Source of the DNA: the human T2T-CHM13v2.0 reference genome, Homo sapiens
DNA: 64,000 nt
NCBI RefSeq assembly: GCF_009914755.1
Contig: NC_060930.1
Strand: one strand, 5' to 3'
This document shows, piece after piece, positions 30,201-45,039 of this stretch. The position numbers and the translations under genes are program-made. The notes below the pieces were generated by a model, which saw only the letters and a list, made by a program, of their open reading frames with translations, was not told the DNA's origin and made no database searches. Position 1 is the stretch's first letter; every line of letters starts with the position of its first letter.

Positions 30201-31042
30201 CATTTTTTCTCTCTACCTAATTTCTCCACAATTTAAAAATTTTGTGAGCATTCTTTACTTATGACAATATGGTTATTTACATAAGTACAATAAGAATATT
30301 TTCTTTTACAACATAACACAATTAGAGAAACTGGTTATTTCACCAAGACTGACTAGAATGACATACTTTCCTTTAAAGAATCAAACTTGACTTGTAGAAC
30401 CAATAAAAACCCCTTGAGAAAACTGGCCTCATACCTTGTCCACACAGTCCCTATACAGTGTTCCTGACCTGTGATAAATAAAGAATGTCACTTTCTAACA
30501 GGCCCAGGTGCCCTATGGTATCTTGGGACCTCAAGAGAAGAGGAATTTACCCAACTCATAGGTACTTGAGGCTACAAACCCATGACAGGACTTGGCTTTA
30601 AAAAGTCTTATCTGAGATTCCTTATGGAACAGAGTTCCATCAAAGCAAAATTTAAAAGCCTATGTAAAAAATAACTATTCTTACTGCACTTCATACAAAT
30701 AATCAGACCAAGTATAATAAAACTAAAATTTATTCTACAAACAAGTCAATCCTATTATGATTTGTTAATAAAAATAAGGATTGGAAAGAGAAAAATTGTG
30801 TTCCAAAAACTATAGTACACCTGTTGTTGGTTGTTTTTGAGTTTTTATTTTTATTTTTCTTCAATTTAGACTTAATCCTAAATTATTTATAGACTACAAG
30901 TCTCCAAACTAATATTTTCAAATCTTTACTTTTAAAACTGAGAATTATACTCCTTATCCTATAACTCATTTTTTACCTTATAGTACATTGTCCACTTAAA
31001 TCTGTGCTAAAACTATAGATGGGAATACTAACACTTTTGTCA

Positions 31043-31349
<307 letters not shown>

Positions 31350-31555
31350 CCTTGGACTCCCAGCCCAGCCTATGTGAGTATGCTCAAAAAACTCAGACAA
31401 CTACAAAGTGGTTCCACTCCTCTCACCTGGGAGTCAACTCCTACCCCCACTATGCCCCCTGTCAGGAGAAAGAAGCCAGAGTGATTGATGGCTGTTTCCC
31501 ATCTGCATAGCCCACACCTTAAGAATAAGATGCTTTGAAACCCAAAGGGAGGGAT

Positions 31556-32276
31556 TGAAACTGCTTTTGCAAAAATTATACCTAAGGAAAGTATGACAGT
31601 GAAAGAGATCAGAACTAATTGACTCCATCTTGCTTCTAACCTTTAAGCTGTCCTTTTTCATTCCTGGGCATAGGCCAAACTAACTTTGGGAAGAAATTCA
31701 GGTCATGGTTTGACTCTGAAACAAAACTGATAATAGCCCTTTCCTGAAAAGACCCCCTTCTTGTCTGGGGACTAGTCGGCCTTTGCAGGACTAACAAATT
31801 AGCTACAAGATTAGAAATTACAGTTTGGAGGTCATGCAACCTCTGGCTCCAAGAGTCTGAACCTCCCCAAATTGCTCCTGGGGATAACATCACTATTGTA
31901 GAACCTAATATCAGCGCTTGAGATATTTCGTAGACCATACACTGGATGGATCAACTACCACCACCTAGAATGGTAATCTGACTCAACTAGTTCTGCCATC
32001 CCACCCAGGAACAGAAGACAGCAAGAAAATCTCATTTCAATCCCGCTATGATTCCATTTCCAACCTGACCAACAGCACTCCCCACTTCCCAAGCTCCTAC
32101 CTGCCAAATTGTCTTTAAAAACTCCAATCCCCAAATGCTTGGGGAGAGTAATTTGAGTAATAATAAAACTCTGGTCTCCCACACAGCTGGTTCTGCATGA
32201 ATTACTCTTTCTCCATTATAATTGTATTGTCTTGATAAATCAGCTCTGTCTGGGCAGCTGGCAAGGTGAACACATT
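31556..32276 (+). mobile_element. 3' LTR (LTR8A-like), last dozen or so bases missing
   Basis: Homologous to the 5' LTR; stops at ggtgaacacatt without the ...gttaca end. Confidence 0.88.
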
Positions 32277-32424
32277 TTCTCCCCAGTCTAGAGAGCGAAA
32301 ACAGGATCTTACATTATCACGAATTTTCTAAACTCTTTTATGACATAAACTCAGCTCTGGAAATCCTGTATCTCTTTCTCTTAAACTATTATCTTGGCTT
32401 ATTTTGAAAGTCAGAAGCTAACCC

Positions 32425-33610
32425 AGCATGATTCACAATAGCCAAAATATGGAAACTACCCAAACATCTATCAAGAGATGAATGGATAAACAAAATGTGG
32501 CATAGCCATACAATTTAATGTTATTTGGAAATAGAAATAAGTACTGACGCATGCTACGACATGGATAAAGCATGAAAACATCATGCTGCATGAAATCAGC
32601 CAGACACAAAAGGACAAATATTGTATGAATCCATTTATATGGGCCTAGAATAGGCAAAGTCATAGAGACTGTGTGATAGAGGTTACCAGGGGCTGGAGAC
32701 AGTGGGTACGGGAAGTTATTATTTAATGGTGTTTTAGTTTGCTATGGCTACTATAATAAAATACCAAAACCTGGCTAGCTTAAATAAAAATAGTTCAATA
32801 AAAATAGTTAAAATGGTAAAATGCATTTTCTCATAATTCTGGAGAACAGAAGTCCGATATCAAGATGCTAGCAGGGTTGGATTTCTCTCTCCTTGGCTTG
32901 CAGATGGCTGTCTTCTCCCTGTGTCTTCACATGGTCTTTCCTCTGTGCCTGGCTGTGGCTGTGTCCAAATCTCCTGGTTTATTTATTTATTTATTTATTT
33001 ATTTATTCATTCTTGAGACGGAGTCTCGCTCTGTCGCCCAGGCTGGAGTGAAGTGGCGCGATCTTGGCTCACTGCAACCCCGCCTCCCAGGTTCAAGCAA
33101 TTTTTCTGCCTCAGCTTCCCGAGTAGCTGAGACTACAGGCATGTACCACCACAATTTTTGTATTTTTAGTAGAGATGGGGTTTCATCATGTTGGCCAGGC
33201 TGGTCTTGAACTCCTGACTCAAGTGATCTGCCCACCTCGGCCTCCCAAAGTGCTGGGATTACAGGCATAAGCCACTGCGACTGGCCCAAATCTTCTGTTA
33301 TTATAAGGATACCAGCCATATGAAATTAAGGCCCACCCCAATGACTTTGTTTTGACCTCTTGGAAGACCATGTCTCCAAATACAATTACATTCTGTGGTA
33401 CTGGGGTATAGGACTTCAACATAGAAATTTTGAAGACACAGAGCAGCCAATAGCAAATGAGGACAGAGTTTCTGTCTGGGATCATGAAAAAGTTCTGGAA
33501 GGGAATAGCTGTGATTGTGCAACATTGTGAATGTACTTAATGCCACTGAATTGTACACTTAAAAATAGTTAAAATGATAAATTTTATGTTATGTTTTACC
33601 AGATTTTTTT
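32425..33610 (+). mobile_element. L1MB-like 3' end, split by an antisense MLT1 LTR (about 32730-33445) that contains an AluS (32978-33286, -)
   Basis: attcacaatagccaaaa...gaatggataaacaaaatgtgg resumes at acagagtttctgtctggg...gccactgaattgtacacttaaaa; MLT1 motifs in between. Confidence 0.8.
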
Positions 33611-34035
33611 TCAAAGAAAAAATCAAAAGCTAAGCAACATCTCTTTTGGTCTCTTGATGTGTGGAAAGTCTTAGCTTCCTGGGCTGGAGGGAAGCCCAAG
33701 GGTGAAGGGGGAACACAAAGCTGTCTTTGGTATCTCAGTGTTGACGGCCGTCATGTGCAGAAGAGCAGACTGTGTCCTTGTCAAAGCCCACGGATGTGCC
33801 AGTGCAAGAGCTACCACCTGGGGTGTCAGGCATGGAGAGGGTGGGACTTCAAGTTTGGAAACAGCACATGCCCAATGCATGAAGCTGCACAGCCTGCTCC
33901 TGAAGCTATGGCCAGCAGGAAAAGACAGGAACCCTCGCATGCTCAGGCCAGGACTTAAGTGGCTGGATTCCAGTCCTGTTCTGCCAGCAACATATTTCAT
34001 AACCTCTCCATCGGGCAAGTCCCTTCTCTAAGAAC

Positions 34036-35126
<1,091 letters not shown>

Positions 35127-36879
35127 GAACTTTAGTTTTCTCACCACCAAATGAAGGCACTGGACCAGATTATTTTTGTGTCTTCTCGAAACTCCAACAT
35201 TCTATGAGTCTACCTAAAACATTAGCGTTCTGACAAATGTTAGTTGAATGAGTCAATGTAAACAGAAGGATTTGTGTCCCCCTTGAGAGAAAACTGGGGG
35301 AAGTCCTGGGACCCTTTTAGGGCAGGGAGGAGCTGGATGAACCTGGGCATCTGCCGCCCTCGCCAACAGGAGTTGTGGGAGTGCTCCCTTCCCCAGGAGG
35401 TCACAGAAAACAAGCATGTCCAGTGTGCCAGAGGATTCGGACTGAGAGAACTACTCTTTTCCTTTAAGTGTGATTGTTCATCTCAGGATAAAATGGGAAA
35501 GGAATGACCAAACCAACAGAACATAAGAAAGAAGAACTCGGAGTCCAGGAAAGTCCTGGTGAGTGAGGGTGGAGGAGACAGAACCGTGGAGAGAGGGGCA
35601 TGTCCTCAGGAGAGACCAGGTCTCTCCCTCCTCTGGACTCTGCCCTGGGTTCTGCGGCTGTAGGTCAGGCGGGTAGGTATCTGTGGGTGTTGTGGTGGTG
35701 TTCTTGTCTATTTGGTGGGGGTGTGGATTGAAAAACAAAGACGTCATGTGGCTTTAGCTAAGAGGGAGGGAACAGAGATACAACCACTAAATCCCTTTCT
35801 TTTAATTTTGCAATAATTGCAATTTTTAAAGAATTTTAAGACAGATTCTTGGTATTTGGAAAGCACTGAGTTCTTAGGAAAGAAGGTGCCGAATGCATTG
35901 TAAATACCCAACTTCTGTTTTCTGGGAAAATCCAATTTTCTGAAAGAAAATTGGAATTAGATATGGCATGTCAACTTTAAGTGCTATTATACGCACAATT
36001 ATAATATGTTCTTTTGGCCTCGAAACTCTCAACTTGAAAAGGCGCAATTTGCAATCTCCTTGTGCCCAGAAGGCTCTGAAGAAGAAACACAAGTGAGATA
36101 GGTACAGTTTGTGCTCATTGTGCACCAGGGGGGATGAGAAGCTCCACTAAAATCAATTTTCCCCTATCTGAACCTTTCATCTGGAAACAACAAAACAGTT
36201 TTCAGATTCCAATAACTTTGAAACATTTACACAATAGAGTACAGGCTTGCCTGTTCTCCTAACTAGCATATTCAGAACATAATTTAACCTTTTTCTTGTT
36301 GACTCACTATGAATCATCATTATGAATCAAAACTATAGAATTTTAGTACAAAAAGAGACCCTAGAGATCAGCTAGCTCTGATTTCTTCATATTCTAGATG
36401 CCCAAATGCTGGTGTGATTGGAACTGGGTGTGGGGAGCTGGTCTAGAACCCACGACTTCAATTCTTGTCCAGGCTGAGAAGGCCGTGTCCTGGGCCTGGC
36501 GCTCATGGCATGTTAACGGCGGTGGGGTGCCCCTGTGGTTGTGGGCGCCACCCAGGCCAGCTGCCCGCTGGCGAAATGGGCTTGGTCTCTTCCTGCTCCG
36601 CACACTTTGACATCAGCTCGTTGTGGCTCCCTGTCTCTGCTCTCCCGGGTGGCCAGTGACGCTGTGCGGGGTGCAGCGCCTGTGCTGTCTGCTTCTGAAG
36701 GTAATTCTCCCCTCCTCAGGGTACTCTGTACATTCTGCGGGCAGGGGCCTCCCAGGGTCTTTCCTCTAGGAACCCCGTCCGCTCTCAGACCTGCTGCCTC
36801 TGGGTCCAGGGCCCGGGTGGCTTTCTTTCCTCTTTACAGCCCCGTCTCCCACACTTTCTGCTCCACTTACAGGACTGGC

Positions 36880-37190
36880 TGCCAGGTGGGCCACTCAAAC
36901 CAGAGACATTGATTTCTCAGATCTAGAGGTTTGAGGCCCAAGAGCAAGGTGTCATCAGGGTTGGTGTCTCTGTGGCTTGCAGACAGCTGTCATCTCCCTG
37001 TGTCCACATGGTCTTCCCCTGTACCTGTCTGTGTCCCAATCTCCTCCTCTTCAGGGGATACCAGTCATATTAGGCCCTATCCTAATGGCCTATTTGAACT
37101 CAATCAACTCTTTACAGACCCAAATACAGTAACTATATGTTAGGACTTCAACATACAAATTTGCAAGGGTCACACTTCTGCCCAAAACAG
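36880..37190 (-). mobile_element. MLT1-type MaLR LTR fragment
   Basis: caaggtgtcatcagggttgg...cttgcagacagc...aggacttcaacat. Confidence 0.75.
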
Positions 37191-37704
37191 GCCCCTTTCA
37201 CCTTTCAGCTTACCGCAGATCACTCTGAGGAAACACACTTTCCAGGTTCCAGAATTGTATAAAATTCTTACAGCTAAGATCTCCGAATTATAGTTTTAGT
37301 CTTACTTGCAAGATGGTAAATGGAATGAGGAAGGATGGATGGAGTCACTCACTGACTCCATGAGGATTTTTTCACACATCATTGCAACACAGGCAGTGAC
37401 TGACGCCACCACCTTTGCCCTGGAGGCTGGTTTCTGGGCCCTGCCGGTGCGGGACATAAAGGCCGGGTGGCTGCCTCTGGGCTGCAGAGCAGGAGGCACG
37501 GGAAAAGCTGGGGTTGGGGACATCCAGGAATGGCAGCCCTGGAGCCAGGACGCGGTTGGGGGCCTCCTGGGTTGGCAGTATCACTGGGGGTTTTAACCCC
37601 TTTCTAGTCCTGTGCCCTTCCGCTTAAGTGATAGTAGGCGAAGAAAAGGCCACGGAAAATACACTGGTCACCTGGGTACGAGGGAGTAATTAAAAACCAG
37701 CTGA

Positions 37705-38332
<628 letters not shown>

Positions 38333-39211
38333 TATAACTGAGCAAGTTTTTCTTCTCAACTATGTCTGAGGAGAACAAAAAGTTCTTTGTAGGTACAGTG
38401 GATTCAGAACTCGGCATCTGGTCCCACAAAACCAGATGTTCATCCAGCTGAGCCTAGGACCCTTGGGTGCCTGTCTCTCCATCCTTCCTAACACAGACCT
38501 CGGTGCCAGCCAGCCTGTCCTTCTCAGTGTCAGGGAGCTCCGTCCCGGCCCTTCCCACATCCTGCCCAGGACTGGCTGTGCAGGGAAGGTCACCCCTCAG
38601 TGTCTGCCCACTCTCTAAGCCCCGGACCCAAGCAGGGCACCCAGGCCAGCCCTCTTCCTTTACTCATTTTCTTATTCATCTTAAAAGGAATAACTGAGAA
38701 GCTGGAGACCAACCCTGCAGGCTGGATGTGCTGCTTGAGAACTAACAGCCCCCAAAGAGAGATCAAAGATGCCAGAGAAAAGGGGAATAAATAGAGCAAC
38801 CTCCCAGAAGATGCATGAAGGATACAAGAACAGAGATGACAGAGGGGTTGGTTTCATCAGCGAAAAGAAATAATTCTTACTCAGCAAGAGAAGGAAACGG
38901 GAAGGAGAAAATGGAGGGGCTCAGTTTACTTAAGGATGTGGGCATTAGCAAGAGGTAAAGTCTAATAATTTTTACCACTAAAAGGGACCTTGAGGACCCC
39001 CTGACCCAGCTTTATATACAGCCAGGACTCAGAAAGAACAAGAGCAACAAGAGCGTATTGCCAGTTATACTGAGGCCTCACTGGAGCTTTAGGGCATGCA
39101 TGTGGGGTGGAGCAAATCTACCAAAACAGAATTCTGGGGTTGGAAATCCAGATGGTAGCAGGGCAGAGGTTGGAGTTAAGTCGTCTGTGAGGGTCAAGGA
39201 TGGGGGCATCA

Positions 39212-39572
<361 letters not shown>

Positions 39573-39603
39573 AAGAAGGCCAAAGAACCCTGAAGTTGAG
39601 GCA

Positions 39604-40155
39604 TATATTAGTCAGGGTTCTGTAGAGGGACAGAACTAAACTAATAGGATAGATGTATACATGAAGGGGAGTTTATTAAAGAGAATTAACTCACGAGCAC
39701 AAGGTGAAGTCCCACAGTAGGCTGTCTGCAAGCTGAGGGGCCAGGAAGCCAGTCGAGTCCCAAAACCTCAAAAGTAAGGAAGCCAACAATGCAGCCTTCA
39801 GTCTGTGGCCAAGGGCCTGAGAACCCCTGACAAACCACTGGCTTAAGTCCAAAAGTCCAAAAGCTGAAGGACTTGGAGTTCGATGTTCCAGGGCAGGAAG
39901 CATCCAGCACAGGAGAAAAACGGAGGCCAGAAGACTCAGCAAGTTAGCTCCTTCCACCTTCTGCCTGCTTTATTCTAGCTGTGCTGGCAGCTGATTAGAT
40001 GGTGCCCATTTGGATTGAGGGTGGGTCCACCTCTCCCAGCCCATTGACTCAAATGTTAATTAATGTCCTTTGGCAACACCGTCACAGGCACACCCAGGAA
40101 CAATACTTTGCATCCTTCAATCCAATCGAATTGACACTCAGTATTAACCATCACA
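39604..40155 (-). mobile_element. MLT2A (HERV-L) solo LTR
   Basis: tattagtcagggttct...gacactcagtattaaccatcaca; flanks aggca and aggtg are consistent with a CpG-decayed 5-bp TSD. Confidence 0.9.
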
Positions 40156-40478
40156 AGGTGTCAGAAAGGTCAACTTGAGTGTGAACATCACTACGTGTGA
40201 TCTGGCTGGCTGGTGGCATCCCATGCCATCTTCCATGGCCTTCTGCAAAGCCCTTCTGAGCCAAGACAAAGCAGGGGGTTTGGTCCATCTTCTTTCTGAT
40301 TTATATTTATAAGCGTCCTCTCTGCTTTCCCCTTTACTAAATATCCATCCAAGTGCTGTTGGGCCATCCGCATCTGTGGTGCACCTCCAGCACGAAGGCC
40401 TGGCACAGGCTCAGGTGAGGGACTCTGCATAGCAGGGGCCCCTCTCCAGTCCTCCTTGGACTTGGCCAGGAGACCCTG

Positions 40479-41414
40479 TGATATGGCTCTGATGAGTGAA
40501 GGAACTCCAGGTTCTTCATCTCACGTCAAATTGGAAAAACCTACAGGGACACACAGGGAGTGGTTTTAAGGAGCAGAGAGTTTAATAGGCAAGAAGGAAG
40601 GGAGAAGAAAGAAGGAAGAAGTTCCTCTGTTAAGAGACAGAGGGAGGTGGGCTCCAAAGCCTAGAGAGAAGACCCCACATGCTAGGTACAGGAAGAGGCT
40701 GGAGCAGGCGGTGTCTGATTTGCATAGGGCTCAGGGGATTGGTTTGACTAGGCATGTCATTCACATAGCCCGGGAAACAAACTGGCCCTCCCACCCTAGC
40801 TTTTAATATGCAAATGCAGGGCACCATGATGTTCTAGGCACGTGGGGATATGGGGGGCAGCCATGTTGCCAGGCAAATGCGAGGGCAAGGAGAAAAGGGA
40901 GGGAATCATCATGTTGGAGTGGAACCAGTTTCTAATGGCCTGCAATTGCATATCAAAGGTTGCCTGCCCGGCTCTAAATGCTGGGGCTTTCCTGTTAGAC
41001 AAGAAAGGTTTGGGCCAGGTGCAGTGGCTCATGCCTGTAATCCCAGCACGATGGGAGGCGGAGACAGGTGGATCACCTGAGGTCAGGAATTCGAGACCAG
41101 CCTGGCCAACATGGAGAAACCCCGTCTCTACTAAAAATACAAAAAATTAGCCAGGCTTGGTGGTGGGCGCCTGTAATCCCAGCTACTCGGGAGGCTGGGG
41201 CAAGAGAATCGCTTGAACCCAGGAGGCGGAGGTTGCAGTGAGCAGAGATAGCCCACTGCACTCCAGCCTGGGCAATAAGAGCAAAACTCCATATATTAAA
41301 AAAAAAAAAGGAAAATAAATAAACATTTGAGGAGCTGCTTTAAAAGAGATGAAAAGTTTCCAAGGACCCCTTTTCCTATCTGCCTAAAATTATTTCTTAA
41401 TAACTCCTACCACA
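40479..41414 (-). mobile_element. ERV1 solo LTR (LTR9B-like) containing an AluS (41013-41322, +)
   Basis: Minus strand starts TGTGGTAGGAGTTATTAAGAAATAATTTTAGGCAGATAG; two perfect octamers inside. Confidence 0.7.
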
Positions 41415-42700
41415 TTTGGACTCTTGGTCTTCTGAGGGCCTCCACTGTGGGCCAAAGAGTCTGCCTTGTGCCCACCCATGGCCCAGCCCAGTCCTCAGGA
41501 ACCTGCTAAAACCTCTGGGCAGAAGCGGGGGCTCAGGCGAACCCAACCCATCTGCCACAGTCCCACCTTCTGGGAGTTGGGGTTTGTGGAGGCAGCTTAC
41601 TCGTGCCCCACCAATGATTTCTGACCCTAAGATCTAGTCTTCTTCATCTTTTTATTAGAAAAAAATATTTGGTCTGTAGATTGTAAGCTCCTTGAGATGA
41701 GAGATGATATCTTTTCCTCTAATTTTATATTGTGAAAAATTTCAAAACAACACAAACAGGTGCATGATAAATACAACGAAAACCCCTAGACTCTTCATCT
41801 AGATTCACTGATTTTTAATATTTTGTAACATCTGCTATCTTTATTTTTTATTTTATTTATTTATTTATATTTTTTTGAGAGAGTTTTGCTCTTGTTGCCC
41901 AGGCTGGAGTGCAATGGTACGATCTTAGCTCACCCACAACCTCCACCTCCCAGGTTCAAGCAATTCTCCTGCCTCAGCCTCCTGAGTAGCTGGGATTACA
42001 GGCATGCACCACCATACCCGGGTAATTTTGTATTTTTAGTAGAGATGGGGTTTCTCTATGTTGGTCAGACTGGCCTCCAAGTCCTGTCCTCAGGTGATCT
42101 GCCCACTTCAGCCTCCCAAAATGCTGGGATTACAGGTGTTATAAATAAAGTTTTGGAGCCGCAAAAGAAATAGCACTCAAATATAAGATTTTCTTTTTAA
42201 TTCTCAGCAAGGCAATGTACTTCTATAGAATGGTGCACCCTTACAGATGCAGCAATGGTGAGCGCACACTTGGACCAGGGAGGGGAAGGGGTTCTTATCC
42301 CTGACCCACGTGGCCCCTGCTGCTGTGTCATTCTCCTATTGGCTAGGGTTAGACTGCACAGGCTAAACTAATTCCGACTGGCTAATTTAAAGAGAGTGAC
42401 GGGGTGAGTGGTTTGGCAGGAAAAATGGTTATGATACAGCAGGAAATTGAAATGACTCAGGGCGGAGAATGAGCAGGTAATCTGAACGAGTCAGGGTGGA
42501 GCAGGTAATCGGAATGAGTCAGGGTGCAGCAGGTAATCGAAAAAGTTTGCTTTACGAGGAGTTAAGTTTAAAAGTAGAAGACAAAGAGTTGAACATACTG
42601 ACATATTGATTCTTTGAAGAGAAATTTAGAACTCATATCTAACAACCCCTCCTCTTGCATTTCCTTACAGTTCTTTCTCTTCAAACTTCTTTAATATGTC

Positions 42701-44700
42701 TTAGCTTAGTTGTTCTGCTTGATTTCCTAAAAGAAGAATCTTCTCTGGATAAGGTGGAGGATAGTGAAGGGAGGTTTCAGTAAGTGCCATTTTTATGAGC
42801 CTCTGCATCAACCCACGGATGCATGGTGTGACACAGCACCCGACAAGAATAAGTACACCCATTACTGCTGCAAGAGAAGTAAGAATTGAGACTATTATTC
42901 CTCTCCATTTACAAAACCACTTTTCTAGCCATCCTGTAAAGGGGTCATTTACCCGTAAGTTGTTGGCTAACTCACTGGACAGAGCAGTCAGACCTTGCAA
43001 TGCCTTTGTTATACTTCCATCAGGGGCGATGTTGTTTGGGATGAAGGTACAACATTGAGTTTTAATCATAATGCAAACTCCTCCTCTTTCTGCTAATACC
43101 ATGTCTAAGGCTATCCTATTTTCCCAAGCCATCTGGCCTGTAGCCCCTAATGGCTCAGCTATTCCTTCAACAGCATCTCTAGTGTAGTTACTAAATCACT
43201 GTTGGTTGTAGTAGATGTAGTTTATCCAATCTACATTTTTATTAATTGTCACCCACCAAGATATTGACTCAAATCCTGCAGCTATTTGATTTCGGAATTC
43301 AAATTGATCTGGTATTCCCCGTGGGACTCCAGTTGCGTTTAAATAGACATGAGAGTCGAAAGACCCATAAGGGGCTTCTCTCGCATTATGATGTCTTATT
43401 TTTCCTTCCTCTAGTTGATGAAATGCCAGGGTGAAACGGATAGCCAATTGGACTAAAGCACAAGTGCCGCTCCAGTTATTCGGCAGAGTGTCCAGTAAAG
43501 GTCCACCAGAATACCACCACACATCCACTAGGGGATGAACAAGGGCTGACTGATTGATAAGTTCTTGAAAATTCTTAAGCTCACTGCATCCCCCCAGGTC
43601 TCCAAGGAATGCTGTTTCCTCCCTGTCGTGAGAGATATGAAGTTAACTTAGTGTTGGGAGACAGAAGCTGGATGGCCCTCAGGGGCTGGCCCATAGGATG
43701 CCGGACTTCGGGATATAGCAGAGAGAGAGCATGGCACAACTTGTTACTCCAGGCTGTAGGATCCGGGAAAAGAGCTATCATGCAGCCCACTCCTGGTCAA
43801 CTGGAGGACCACCCTACTAGAAAGGGGACAATCTGGGCCTCTGGCCTGCCATGCACACAAGCATAACAATTGCTTTCGTTTAAAGTGCGGACGGAATATC
43901 TGATCCATTCCAACCAGGCATTTGCAACTTGGTAACCTGTTTCAATTGCCAATACTTGTTTTAAGTCTTTAACTTCTACGACAGCCATCTTGGTCTTGTG
44001 GTTAGATGGAGGAGGAGCAATTATTCCGTTGTGAGAGGTTTTGGAAGAAGGCTTAGAAGAAGGTGCAGGCAGTGCGGGATCAAAGAAATACATTTTAAAG
44101 AATCCAATAGGGTCTGTCCCTCAAACCTCAACCCCCATACCATAAAACTGGCTTAAAGGAGGGAACCGGCTTAGAAAAGGGGAAGAAGTTTGAGGATTCG
44201 AGATAATAACCTGTATAGGATTGCACTGGTTTAGCTGACACTTAGTGGGGGGCTGTCCCTCTAGTAACATGAATGTACAGTTTTAGGAAATTACAAAAAC
44301 AGGTTGGGGCGGTCCATCCTTGCTCTTTAGTGGTCCACAGAATGCTGGACCAACTATGGCATAAAAGCTGTACATTGGGAGGGCAAGACTCCTGGTTGAC
44401 GCCGGGGTCTTTATCAAAATCTCCTCGGATTAAATGGTCCCAGTTCACTAATGCCTAATCTGAGAAGAGTCAGGAGGGACAGAGGTGCTTTTCTGAAGTA
44501 GAGAGCTGTCTCTGACTTGGCAAGTTCCCACAGGGTATAACAAGGCAAGCACCAAATGCAATAGTTTGAGGCGAAATTGACTTGGTTATGTTAATAACTA
44601 GATGGTCAGCAATAGAGTGAGGAAAGAAGAAAAAGTAATAGAATAGATGAAAGAGTTAAATTTTTCTTAGCTTTAGTTTGGTAGCGTTTTCCCCTGGGAC
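42701..44700 (-). pseudogene. env: Disrupted retroviral env
   Basis: Spread over several ORFs: hydrophobic leader (LSSILLLFLL), SU with CYAC motif, and TM with ISD-like WENRIALDMVLAERGGVC, CX6CC (CIMIKTQCC) and a membrane anchor. Broken by stops and frameshifts. Confidence 0.9.
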
Positions 44701-45039
44701 TATGGCCCACGACTCTGGAGAAGGCGGTGCTTTTTTGACTCGGGTGTGATGAGTCCATCCCCTTTCCACTGTATGAACAGCAGTCTCGGTGATTAGTAAC
44801 ACAAGGTAAAGTCCTTCCCAGGCTGGCTCGAGTTTTCCTTCTTTCCACCCTTTGATGAGAATGTGATCCTCAGGCTGGTGCTGGTTTACCGGAAATTCTA
44901 GGGCTGGTACCTGTGCTAAAAGACTTTTAGTTTTGAGGGAAAGGAAAGTAGAAGATAAACCAAGTATATAATTTCTAAGAAATTGATCTTTTGTTTTACA
45001 TGTGGGGACATCAGCAATGGACTTTATAGTCCTTGGCAC
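44656..45039 (-). pseudogene. pol: pol remnant (integrase C-terminal GPY/F-like region)
   Basis: HQPEDHILIKGWKEGKLEPAWEGLYLVLLITETAV...WTHHTRVKKAP resembles the gammaretroviral integrase C-terminus. Confidence 0.85.
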
